From a candidate division WOR-3 bacterium (lineage in GTDB: Bacteria > Hydrothermota > UBA3072 > B12-G15), in the NCBI GenBank assembly GCA_965649055.1, contig CBFGJG010000016.1:1-38822 (forward strand): 38,822 nucleotides of DNA, given 5' to 3'. Below the pieces are notes generated by a model that worked only from the letters and a program-made list of their open reading frames with translations, was not told where the DNA came from and did no database searches. Below, one piece after another: positions 9,921 to 19,179 of this stretch. Both the position numbers and the translations under genes were made by a program. Numbering within the stretch: the stretch's first letter is position 1; the number at the start of each line of letters is the position of its first letter.

Positions 9921-10821
9921 CCCCAAGATACTTTTCAGGGCTCCAAATTGGGTTGGTGATGCAATTATGTCTACTGCTATCTTGAAAGAATTGATGGATA
10001 AATATAGTAAAATTTATATAGGTCTAAGGGATTATGTCTCACCCATATTTAAAGGTTTTAATAAAGATATGATATTCTTAACAAAAGACCCGTTTAAAAA
10101 CAAAAATTATTTGAAGAAATTTGATTTTGATATTGCTTTTTTATTCACCCCTTCATTCTCATCCGCTCTTGAAACATACCTTTCTGGTATAAAAGAAAGG
10201 ATAGGCTTCCCTGAAGATTTCAGAAGTTTTCTTTTGACAGGGAAGGTCAAAAGGGATAAGATACATATCCTTGACCAGTACAGGGAGATTGTTAAAGATT
10301 ATGTTGAACTGAAAAATTACAAACCTTTTATACCGGGTTTTATAAGAAAAAAAACCAATGAGAAGATAGCAGGTATAGATATGAAGAGTGCATTTGGTGA
10401 AGCAAGGAGCTGGAAGAAAGAAGGATTTTTTGAGATAGCAAGATACCTTGAAGAGAAAGGTTATAAAATATTTCAGATAGGAAAAGAAACCGATAATCAG
10501 ATTACAGAAAAAACCATAAACCTTACAGGAAAGACAACCTTAAAGGAAGTTATAGAGATTATATCTAGAATGAGTATTTTTATCTCTGTTGATACAGGCT
10601 CCATGCATATTGCAGGTGCATTAGGTGTTCCACAGGTCGCTCTTTATCTTTCAACTTCACCAGAATGGACAGCACCTTTTTACAATGATAAATTAGTTGT
10701 AATTAAAAGCAATGCTGAATGTTCTCCCTGTTTCAAGAGGGAATGCAGGTTCGGTGATTATCATTGCAGGGATATAGATATCAATATTGTGAAAGAAAAA
10801 ATAGGGGAGCTCATTGAATAA
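9913..10821 (+). CDS. waaF: LPS heptosyltransferase II (GT9)
   Basis: RAPNWVGDAIM, DTGSMHIAGALG, CSPCFKREC. Confidence 0.82.
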   Translation: MTDPKILFRAPNWVGDAIMSTAILKELMDKYSKIYIGLRDYVSPIFKGFNKDMIFLTKDPFKNKNYLKKFDFDIAFLFTPSFSSALETYLSGIKERIGFPEDFRSFLLTGKVKRDKIHILDQYREIVKDYVELKNYKPFIPGFIRKKTNEKIAGIDMKSAFGEARSWKKEGFFEIARYLEEKGYKIFQIGKETDNQITEKTINLTGKTTLKEVIEIISRMSIFISVDTGSMHIAGALGVPQVALYLSTSPEWTAPFYNDKLVVIKSNAECSPCFKRECRFGDYHCRDIDINIVKEKIGELIE

Positions 10822-11347
10822 AGCAGTTATATTTGACAGGGATGGAACAATAATAAAAGAAGCAGGTTACATAAAAGACCCCAAACTTGTTAAAATCCTT
10901 CCAGGTGTTCCTGAAGGGCTCGAGATAATAAAAAAACTTGGTTTTCTCAAGATAGTTTTAAGCAATCAGTCAGGTATTGGAAGAGGTCTTATGACCTTAA
11001 GGGATGTTGAAAAGATAAACTGGTGGATGGAAGATTATCTATTGAAAGAAGGAATAAGATTGGACGGAATCTTCTTTTCAATTGACCCTCCATGGATTGA
11101 TTCAAAGACAAGAAAACCTGCAACAGGACTCCTTGAAAAGATAATTGAATGGTTCAAGATTGATATTAAACACTTGTTCGTTGTCGGAGATAAAAAGGAT
11201 GATCTCCTTCTTGCAAAAAATATAGGTGGAAAACCTGTTCTTGTGCTTACAGGTCATGGTAAGGAAACCATTAAAGAGATGAAACCGGAACTTATATTCC
11301 CTGATATTTTAAGTTTTGCTGAATACTTAAAGGGCATTTATGTGTAG
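10814..11347 (+). CDS. gmhB: D-glycero-D-manno-heptose 1,7-bisphosphate phosphatase (HAD IIIA)
   Basis: FDRDGT, SNQSGIGRG, RKP, VGDK motifs; TTG start; adjacent to heptosyltransferases. Confidence 0.88.
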   Translation: MNKAVIFDRDGTIIKEAGYIKDPKLVKILPGVPEGLEIIKKLGFLKIVLSNQSGIGRGLMTLRDVEKINWWMEDYLLKEGIRLDGIFFSIDPPWIDSKTRKPATGLLEKIIEWFKIDIKHLFVVGDKKDDLLLAKNIGGKPVLVLTGHGKETIKEMKPELIFPDILSFAEYLKGIYV

Positions 11348-13094
11348 GTTTTCAGGATTCACTTATAAAGATAAAAACTTAGCAATAGAAAATATCAGGT
11401 TGATGAATAAGGAACTATCAAGGGGCGGTCCTGATGATGATGGTATTTATATTGATGAGAATATATGCCTTGGTCATAGAAGGTTATCAATTATTGACCT
11501 ATCAGGGAATGCACATCAACCAATGGTTTCAGAAGATGGTAATTATGTTATTGTTTACAACGGGGAATTATACAATTTCAGGGAATTAAAGGAGGAACTG
11601 AAAAAAAGAGGATATTTCTTTAAATCTGATTCTGATACAGAAGTCATATTAAAATCATTCATTGAATGGAGGGAATCCTGTTTTAAAAAATTCAAGGGTA
11701 TGTTTGCATTTTCAATATATGACAGAGTAAATAAAATTTTATATCTTGTAAGAGACCAATCAGGTATAAAACCTCTTTATTATTCAATTAACAAAGAAGG
11801 TATAATTTTTTCATCTGAGATAAGAGGTATTAAAAAATATAAATCATTATGGAAAGAGGAAGATGACTGGAAGATATACTTTCTTCTCCTTGGTTTTCTA
11901 CCGGAACCATACACAACATTAAAAGATGTCTTTATGCTTCCTTACGGGAGCTATCTCAGGTATGATATTTATAATAAAAAGCACATAGTTAATAAATATT
12001 CTGAATATGATTTTAATAATACTTTTAAAGATGAAAATTTCGCTATAAAGAAAACAAGGGAATTGATTGAAAATAGTGTAAGAAGACATCTTATTTCAGA
12101 TGCTCCGTTAGGTGTATTCTTGAGTGGTGGTGTTGATTCAAGCATTATATCAATATTAGCATCCAGTATGAAGGATGAAATTGTTACGCTATCGATAACA
12201 TTTGATGAAGAAAAGTATGATGAATCATTTTATCAGGAGATCGTTAAAAATAAGGTAAAATCAAGACACTATCCGTTTAAGGTGGGTAAGAAGGATTTTC
12301 TGAATCATCTTGATGATATATTGAATGCTATGGATCAACCTACATTTGATGGTGTGAATACCTATTTTGTCTCTATGTGTGCAAAGAATGCAGGATTGAA
12401 GTCCGTTTTATCAGGGCTTGGCGGGGATGAATTATTTGGTGGATACCCTTCATTCAGAAGGATTGAAAGCCTTATTTTTCTAAAATCAATCTTTAATGAT
12501 TTCAGTTTTTTTGAGAAGGCTAAGGATGATAGAATAAAAAGAATTTCTTATCTTGGAATTAAAAATCCATTATCGTATTATCTTTCTTTAAGGAGTGTTT
12601 TCACTACAAGTGAGATTTCATCATTGCTTGGAATAGAAAAAAAATATGTTCTTAAAGCAATAGAAAAGATATTCTGGGATAAAAATATAAATGATTTTGG
12701 GAGGAAGAATTTTGTATCCTATTTAGAGATGTTTTATATGAGAAATCAATTGTTGAAGGATTCTGATTTTATGAGTATGTGGAATTCTATTGAAATTAGG
12801 GTTCCTTTCCTCGATTATGATTTAATGAATTTTGTTTTATCAATAGACGAGAAGATTAAATTTAAAAAGGAAAAATATCTCTTAAAAGAATGTTTTAAAG
12901 ATATCCTTCCATTTGAAATTGTGAACAGGAGAAAAAAAGGATTCAGTTTCCCTATGAAAGAATGGCTAAAGGACTTTGAATTAAAAACTGTAAACAATAA
13001 TAAAATTTTATTGGAATTGCTGAAAAAAAATAAAGAAGGAAGGGTTCATTGGACTAAAATCTGGAGCATTTTTATCCTTTTAAATTTCCGTTAA
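11340..13094 (+). CDS. asnB: Asparagine synthase (glutamine-hydrolysing) family amidotransferase
   Basis: N-terminal Cys2, HRRLSIIDL, NGELYN, LSGGVDSS, SGLGGDELFGGY, EIRVPFLD. Confidence 0.92.
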   Translation: MCRFSGFTYKDKNLAIENIRLMNKELSRGGPDDDGIYIDENICLGHRRLSIIDLSGNAHQPMVSEDGNYVIVYNGELYNFRELKEELKKRGYFFKSDSDTEVILKSFIEWRESCFKKFKGMFAFSIYDRVNKILYLVRDQSGIKPLYYSINKEGIIFSSEIRGIKKYKSLWKEEDDWKIYFLLLGFLPEPYTTLKDVFMLPYGSYLRYDIYNKKHIVNKYSEYDFNNTFKDENFAIKKTRELIENSVRRHLISDAPLGVFLSGGVDSSIISILASSMKDEIVTLSITFDEEKYDESFYQEIVKNKVKSRHYPFKVGKKDFLNHLDDILNAMDQPTFDGVNTYFVSMCAKNAGLKSVLSGLGGDELFGGYPSFRRIESLIFLKSIFNDFSFFEKAKDDRIKRISYLGIKNPLSYYLSLRSVFTTSEISSLLGIEKKYVLKAIEKIFWDKNINDFGRKNFVSYLEMFYMRNQLLKDSDFMSMWNSIEIRVPFLDYDLMNFVLSIDEKIKFKKEKYLLKECFKDILPFEIVNRRKKGFSFPMKEWLKDFELKTVNNNKILLELLKKNKEGRVHWTKIWSIFILLNFR

Positions 13095-13124
13095 AAATTT
13101 TTAATTGAGAATTTAAAAAAACAC

Positions 13125-13152
13125 TTGACAAATATCCAACTTTTTATAAATT
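13125..13152 (+). promoter_or_regulatory. Dedicated promoter of the 5S rRNA gene
   Basis: TTGACA(13125-13130)-N16-TAAATT(13147-13152)-N6-G13159. Confidence 0.7.
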
Positions 13153-13158
13153 ATATCT

Positions 13159-13276
<118 letters not shown>

Positions 13277-13287
13277 TTATTATTTTT

Positions 13288-14166
13288 TTATAAGAAAATC
13301 TTCCATCTTTCCGGCTCTGATACATTGAATGAATATTCAATACCTTCTATATCAAAAATAATCCTGTTTTTTATAAGTTTTATATCCTTTAATTCCTTCT
13401 CAAAAATCTTCTTTCCTGCTGAAAAACCTAATACCTTACCTTCTTTTATACAAACATATGCAGGAAAATTGCTCCTTGTGAATCTGAATTTTGCTGTTAC
13501 AAATGTCTTTTCTTCAAGTATTGCACCTTCTATTCCTTTTGGCTTCTTAAAACCAATATAAAAAACGAAAATTATTATTAGGATTGTGAAGAATAGGATA
13601 GAAGAGAATATTATTATGAATAATTCTGTGCTTACCAGAATTGACGAAGGTATCTTAAAATCTTCTATATCTTTTATAAATTTTTCATCAACTTTCCTTC
13701 CATCTATCTCCATATTTATAAGAAAATTCTTCATAACATCATAATATTTATTAAAAGGCATTGACGAATAAAAAGCAAGCCAGTATGTCCTCCCTTTGTA
13801 ATAAAAAACAGCAACTGCATTGAATCCTTTCTTTGTCTTATAAATAAAATATGCACCTGTGTCTTCAAAAGGGTAAATATCTATAAATAATTTATGTTCA
13901 TTCTTTTTTGAATTCAACAACTCTTTAAATTCAGATTTTGTCATTTCCTTATTTACAACAAGAAATTCAAAGTTTATATTAACAAATTTACTTCCTTCCC
14001 AGTTGTTCCTGAAAAATCTTTCTTCTCTGACATCAGGATAAAATGATTTTATACCAAGGGTTTCTTTATGAACCATCTTAACAGGAATTTTTAAGAAGTA
14101 ATAAAGGGAAACTATTATTACAAGTAATATAAACACAATCAATTTTATTATGTTTTTTTCATTCAT
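13288..14166 (-). CDS. Hypothetical membrane protein (two TM segments), 4-nt overlap with the secA stop
   Basis: 292 aa ORF with N-terminal and internal hydrophobic helices; ATGA overlap with secA. Confidence 0.7.
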   Translation of the reverse strand: MNEKNIIKLIVFILLVIIVSLYYFLKIPVKMVHKETLGIKSFYPDVREERFFRNNWEGSKFVNINFEFLVVNKEMTKSEFKELLNSKKNEHKLFIDIYPFEDTGAYFIYKTKKGFNAVAVFYYKGRTYWLAFYSSMPFNKYYDVMKNFLINMEIDGRKVDEKFIKDIEDFKIPSSILVSTELFIIIFSSILFFTILIIIFVFYIGFKKPKGIEGAILEEKTFVTAKFRFTRSNFPAYVCIKEGKVLGFSAGKKIFEKELKDIKLIKNRIIFDIEGIEYSFNVSEPERWKIFL

Positions 14167-17100
14167 AAAGCTTTACCATGACATTTCTTAAATTTCTTAC
14201 CGCTACCACAAGGACATGGCTGATTCCTCCCAATATCACGAACACTCTTTATCTTCCTTTCCTGCTTCATTCTGGATACTGCATCATTAAATTTTTTATC
14301 AAGAACCGGATCACCTATTGTGAGGACCTTATCCTGTGGAACATTAATATCTTTCTTTTCTTCCTTTTCACCTGCTGCTGATTTTATTGAAAATTCTTCC
14401 TTTCTTTCCACGCCAAATACCTCTTCAGGTAATGTTATCGCTTCTGGTCTGAATCTGTAAAGTATCCTTACTGCATCTTTCTCTATCTTGAACATCAGTT
14501 CTTCAAACATTCCAAATGCTTCTTTTTTATACTCAACTAATGGGTCTTTTTGTGCATAGCCTCTTAAAGAAATACCTTCCTTTAAAGCATCGAGTTCATA
14601 CAAATGATGTCTCCAGTTTGTATCTATCGCCTGAAGTAGTATTATCCTTTCGTATTCCCTCATCTTATCCGATGTAATAATTCTCTCTTTTTCTTCATAT
14701 CTTTCTTTTATAATCTCAAGAAGTTTATCCTCTATCTCTTCCTTTCTTCCACCTTTTCCAATCTCTATATCAACAAGGAAGTTTTCAACCAGTTCTTTCC
14801 TCAAACCTTCAATATCCCATTCTTCCAAGATCCTTGATTCAGCATATTCTTCAAAAATAGAAAAATATACATCTTCAATATACTCAATAACCCTCTGTTT
14901 CAAATCTTTCCCGTCGAGTATCTCATTCCTAAATGAGTATATAACTTCCCTCTGTCTATTCATAACATCATCGTATTCAAGTAATCTTTTCCTTATATCA
15001 AAATTAAATCTTTCAACCCTTTTCTGTGCGTTCTCAAGTGCCCTTGTTACAAGTTTATGTTTCAGCGGTTCTCCTTCTTTTATTCCCATCCTGTCCATTG
15101 CAGAAGATATCCTCTCTGTTGCAAAAAGCCTCATTATGTCATCCTCTAACGAAACAAAGAATCTTGATGAACCAGGGTCTCCCTGCCTACCAGAACGACC
15201 TTTTAGCTGAAGGTCTATCCTCCTTGCCTCATGCCTTTCTGTTCCAATTATGTATAAACCACATGGCATATCTTTTTCACATTCTTCTTTATTTGCATTT
15301 GATTTTTTAAGACTTTCTTCAAATAATCTTCTTTCTTCATCTGTTTTTAATTTAGCCCTTGCTTCTTCTTCTTTAAGAAGGCATGTTTCACATTTAACAA
15401 CACCTTTCTGGAGTTTAATATCTGTTCCCCTTCCAGCCATATTTGTTGCAATAGTAACACGACCTATTTCACCTGCATGTGATATTATCTCCGCCTCTTT
15501 CTGATGATATTTTGCATTAAGGACCTGATGCGGAATATTCTCTCTTTTTAATAGTTTCGAAAGTATCTCTGATACCTCAACAGAAACTGTGCCTACGAGT
15601 ATCGGTCTTCCTGTCCTGTGAACCCTTTTTATCTCGTTTATTATAGCCTGATATTTTTCTTTCTTAGTTCTGTAAATCAGGTCATCGTAATCTATCCTTC
15701 TTACAGGTTTATTTGTGGGGATAACAACAACATCAAGTTTGTAAATCTCCCAGAATTCATTTGCCTCTGTTGCAGCTGTTCCTGTCATACCTGCAAGCTT
15801 TTTATACATCCTGAAATAGTTCTGCAATGTTATAGTTGCAAGTGTCTGGGTCTCCTTTTCAACTCGAACATTTTCTTTTGCTTCAATAGCCTGATGAAGA
15901 CCATCAGAGTATCTTCTTCCCGGCATAAGCCTGCCTGTGAATTCATCTACAATTATTACTTTTCCGTTCTGAACAATGTATTCAACATCTTTTTCAAACA
16001 GAGAATATGCCCTCAAAAGCTGATGAACAGCATGTATCATCTCTGATTTCTCCGCATATTTTCTATGTATAGCTTCTTTCTCAACAAGTTTTTCCCTTGG
16101 GAGTAATCCTTCTGTCCTATCAATCCTTGCTATCTCAGAAGATAGATCTGGAAGTGTAAAGAAATCAGGGTCTTTTGGAGCAATTGCATTCCTGCCTTTT
16201 TCTGAAATATCAACAATGTTTGCCTTTTCATCTATTGAGAAATAGAGTTTCTCATCTATCTCCGACATTTTCTTGTCTTTCAAATATCTTGCCTCTGTTT
16301 CTTCTATCAGCTGCTGAACACCAGGTTCATGCATAAGTTTCATAAGAAGTCTGTTTTTGGGTGCCCCTCTTTTCACCATAAGGAGCAACTCACCTGCTTC
16401 CTTTAATTCGTTATTCTTCAATTTCTTCTCTGCCTCAACGATAATCTTATTCAACTCAAAATTCTGCATTCTGTAAACCCTTTCAACCTGCGGTTTTAAA
16501 TCTTCATAGTGCTGGACAGAAACATCAACAGGACCCGAGATGATTAAAGGTGTCCTTGCTTCATCTATTAATACTGAATCAACCTCGTCAACAATCGCAT
16601 AATAATGACCTCTCTGAACCCTGTGTTCAGGTATAACAGCCATATTATCCCTTAAATAATCAAAACCAAATTCATTATTAGTTCCGTATGTTATATCTTT
16701 AGCATATTCTATCTTTCTTTCTTCAGGTGTCATACCCATCTGTATCACACCAACTGAAAGACCTAATGTCTCATAAACAGGTCCCATCCATTCCCTATCC
16801 CTTCTTGCAAGATAGTCGTTCACGGTCACAAGATGGCATCCATTGCCGGTCAATGCATTTAGATAAAGGGGCATCGTTGCAACAAGTGTCTTTCCTTCAC
16901 CTGTTGCCATCTCTGCAATTTTTCCTTGATGAAGAACAATTGCACCGATAATCTGGACATCGTATGGAACCATATCCCATTCTTTTTCTATATCTGTTAC
17001 AAGCCATCTTTTTCCAAGAAGTCTCCTTGTGGTTTCTTTAACAAGTGCGAACGCATCAACAAGTATGTCATCAAGGGTTTCTCCTGCTTTCAATCTTTCT

Positions 17101-17249
17101 TTAAATTCTTCTGTCATCTTGGGGAGTTCTGAATCATTTAATTTTTTAAACTCTTCAAATCTTTTATTTATTTCATAAACAGTGGGAAGAAGGGAATTTA
17201 TTATTCTTTTATTTCTTGAACCTATGATTTTAGTCAACAATGAGAACAT
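14163..17249 (-). CDS. secA: Preprotein translocase ATPase SecA
   Basis: MATGEGKT, DEVDSVLIDEARTPLIISG, TNMAGRGTDI, GRSGRQGDPG, C-terminal SEC-C CPCGSGKKFKKCHG. ATG 17249 (MFSLLTKIIGS) preferred over TTG 17267. Confidence 0.98.
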   Translation of the reverse strand: MFSLLTKIIGSRNKRIINSLLPTVYEINKRFEEFKKLNDSELPKMTEEFKERLKAGETLDDILVDAFALVKETTRRLLGKRWLVTDIEKEWDMVPYDVQIIGAIVLHQGKIAEMATGEGKTLVATMPLYLNALTGNGCHLVTVNDYLARRDREWMGPVYETLGLSVGVIQMGMTPEERKIEYAKDITYGTNNEFGFDYLRDNMAVIPEHRVQRGHYYAIVDEVDSVLIDEARTPLIISGPVDVSVQHYEDLKPQVERVYRMQNFELNKIIVEAEKKLKNNELKEAGELLLMVKRGAPKNRLLMKLMHEPGVQQLIEETEARYLKDKKMSEIDEKLYFSIDEKANIVDISEKGRNAIAPKDPDFFTLPDLSSEIARIDRTEGLLPREKLVEKEAIHRKYAEKSEMIHAVHQLLRAYSLFEKDVEYIVQNGKVIIVDEFTGRLMPGRRYSDGLHQAIEAKENVRVEKETQTLATITLQNYFRMYKKLAGMTGTAATEANEFWEIYKLDVVVIPTNKPVRRIDYDDLIYRTKKEKYQAIINEIKRVHRTGRPILVGTVSVEVSEILSKLLKRENIPHQVLNAKYHQKEAEIISHAGEIGRVTIATNMAGRGTDIKLQKGVVKCETCLLKEEEARAKLKTDEERRLFEESLKKSNANKEECEKDMPCGLYIIGTERHEARRIDLQLKGRSGRQGDPGSSRFFVSLEDDIMRLFATERISSAMDRMGIKEGEPLKHKLVTRALENAQKRVERFNFDIRKRLLEYDDVMNRQREVIYSFRNEILDGKDLKQRVIEYIEDVYFSIFEEYAESRILEEWDIEGLRKELVENFLVDIEIGKGGRKEEIEDKLLEIIKERYEEKERIITSDKMREYERIILLQAIDTNWRHHLYELDALKEGISLRGYAQKDPLVEYKKEAFGMFEELMFKIEKDAVRILYRFRPEAITLPEEVFGVERKEEFSIKSAAGEKEEKKDINVPQDKVLTIGDPVLDKKFNDAVSRMKQERKIKSVRDIGRNQPCPCGSGKKFKKCHGKAL

Positions 17250-18447
17250 CTTTTCTTTCTCTTCCAATAGATATATACTTCACAGGAACAAGTAACATAT
17301 CCTGAATAAATTTAACAAATGTCTTTAATTCCTGAGGAGCCCTGAAATATGAATCTACACCTTCAAGTGTTTCCCAACCAAGAAATTCCGCGTATTCAAG
17401 TTCTATCCTATCAAATAGTGAAAGATTGGCAGGAAAACCCTCTATTGGGCTTCCATCAAGAAGGTAATTAGTGCATACTTTTATCCTTTCAAAACCAGAA
17501 AGAACATCAAGTTTTGTGATAAAAATTTCAGTCACTCCATTTATAAGACATGAATATTTTAATTGTGGTATGTCAAGCCATCCTATCCTTCTTTCCCTTC
17601 CTGTAGTTGAACCATATTCTTTCCCTTTTTCCCTTATCTGTTTCGCCTGTTTTGTCTTTATCTCTGTTGGGAGTGGTCCATTACCAACCCTTGTTGTATA
17701 TGGCTTTATAATACCTATAACCCTATCAATCGCATTAAATCTTATTCCTGTCCCTGTAAAAACACCTCCTATACAGGGGCTTGATGATGTGACAAATGGG
17801 TATGTCCCAAAATCAATATCAAGCATCGAACCTTGAGCACCTTCAAAGAGAATTTTTTTCCCCGAAAAATGGAAATGATTTAAAAGTGAAACCGTATCTA
17901 TTATCATATGTGCAAATTCATCATAATATCTATTAAGATAATTTAGTAGTTTTTTTTCGTCCTTTGTCCTCTGTTTTATAATCTTCTTCAGCCTTTCAGA
18001 ATCTTCAAGGTCTGCCATTCTTAATCCAAGCCTTGCATATTTATCCTTATATGAAGGCCCTATTCCTTTCATGGTTGTTCCTATCTTCAATGATTTTTCT
18101 ATCTTTGCATCTTCATCTTTATGATAGGGAAGTATTATATGTGCACGCTCGCTTATAAATATCCTTCCTTTAGTGTTAACACCCATTTTTTCTATTTTCT
18201 CAATCTCATTATATAGAACTTCAAGGTCTATAGCACAACCATTTCCTATAACACAGATTACATTCTCCCTGAAGATTCCGGATGGTATATGATGAAGGAC
18301 AATTTCTTCTCCGTTATATATAATAGTATGACCTGCATTTGGTCCACCCTGATAACGGACAACAACATCAAATTCTTCAGCAAGATAATCACACACCTTT
18401 CCTTTACCCTCATCACCCCATTGAAGCCCAAGAACAACCACTCCCAT
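17230..18447 (-). CDS. purA: Adenylosuccinate synthetase
   Basis: QWGDEGKGK, GGPNAGHT, EGAQG, GTYPFVTSS, YTTRVGNGP. Confidence 0.98.
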   Translation of the reverse strand: MGVVVLGLQWGDEGKGKVCDYLAEEFDVVVRYQGGPNAGHTIIYNGEEIVLHHIPSGIFRENVICVIGNGCAIDLEVLYNEIEKIEKMGVNTKGRIFISERAHIILPYHKDEDAKIEKSLKIGTTMKGIGPSYKDKYARLGLRMADLEDSERLKKIIKQRTKDEKKLLNYLNRYYDEFAHMIIDTVSLLNHFHFSGKKILFEGAQGSMLDIDFGTYPFVTSSSPCIGGVFTGTGIRFNAIDRVIGIIKPYTTRVGNGPLPTEIKTKQAKQIREKGKEYGSTTGRERRIGWLDIPQLKYSCLINGVTEIFITKLDVLSGFERIKVCTNYLLDGSPIEGFPANLSLFDRIELEYAEFLGWETLEGVDSYFRAPQELKTFVKFIQDMLLVPVKYISIGRERKDVLIVD

Positions 18448-19085
18448 TAGAAAGACTCCCTGTAAAATATCTGTATTCCTCTTCCAATATTATCTGAAAA
18501 TAAATCCTTAATGTCTATCTGTATTCCAAGGGGTAATGCTTGATTCTGATAACCAAGAGAAAAAATATTCTGCCTTTCTTCACCACTGTTCAAAATCCAT
18601 TCAAATATTATATAATGTGCCTTGCCTATATTTACATAAGCATCTGCAAATCCATCAAGAACTTTTCTTTTAAAACAATAATTAAGACCACCATTAATAG
18701 AGATTGCAAAAACGCCAATCTGCTGTCTTCTCCCAAGAACACCGTAAAGCCCTTTTGATAAGGAATCAAGATATGGAATCGTCGTATACCCGATTAGGAA
18801 AGAGTTAGCACCATCATTATAAATCATTCCCCTTAATTCAAGCCAAACCTCACGGGCCCAATCAATATCACCATATCCAACGATATTTTTTCCACCATAA
18901 CCTGCTTTCATACTGAAATAATCCCATAAACCTATACCTAAAGAAAATTTAATCCAGTCATCAGGTTCTACCCTCAGATTGAAATTCACTTCACCATGTT
19001 TTTCGATTGATGGCAATGGGTTATCAATTCCATTTATAGGGATGGATATATTGCTTACAAAAATACTGAATAATATAAAAAACAT
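18447..19085 (-). CDS. Hypothetical exported protein, possible beta-barrel
   Basis: SD GGAGGT; short hydrophobic N-terminus; C-terminal Phe (GIQIFYRESF); stop overlaps the purA start. Confidence 0.65.
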   Translation of the reverse strand: MFFILFSIFVSNISIPINGIDNPLPSIEKHGEVNFNLRVEPDDWIKFSLGIGLWDYFSMKAGYGGKNIVGYGDIDWAREVWLELRGMIYNDGANSFLIGYTTIPYLDSLSKGLYGVLGRRQQIGVFAISINGGLNYCFKRKVLDGFADAYVNIGKAHYIIFEWILNSGEERQNIFSLGYQNQALPLGIQIDIKDLFSDNIGRGIQIFYRESF

Positions 19086-19143
19086 TCTAACCTCCTTTTT
19101 TAATTTTTTTATTTTTTATTTTCTTATTAACCATGTTTTGATT

Positions 19144-19171
19144 AATATACTCACTTATTTAATTTCGTCAA
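19144..19171 (-). promoter_or_regulatory. Promoter of the ORF-purA-secA unit
   Basis: Minus strand TTGACG-N16-TATATT. Confidence 0.55.
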
Positions 19172-19179
19172 GGAATTTT

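Noticed and set aside
15026..17132. Several + strand ORFs of up to 142 aa
   Set aside because: Antisense shadows of secA with no recognisable features.
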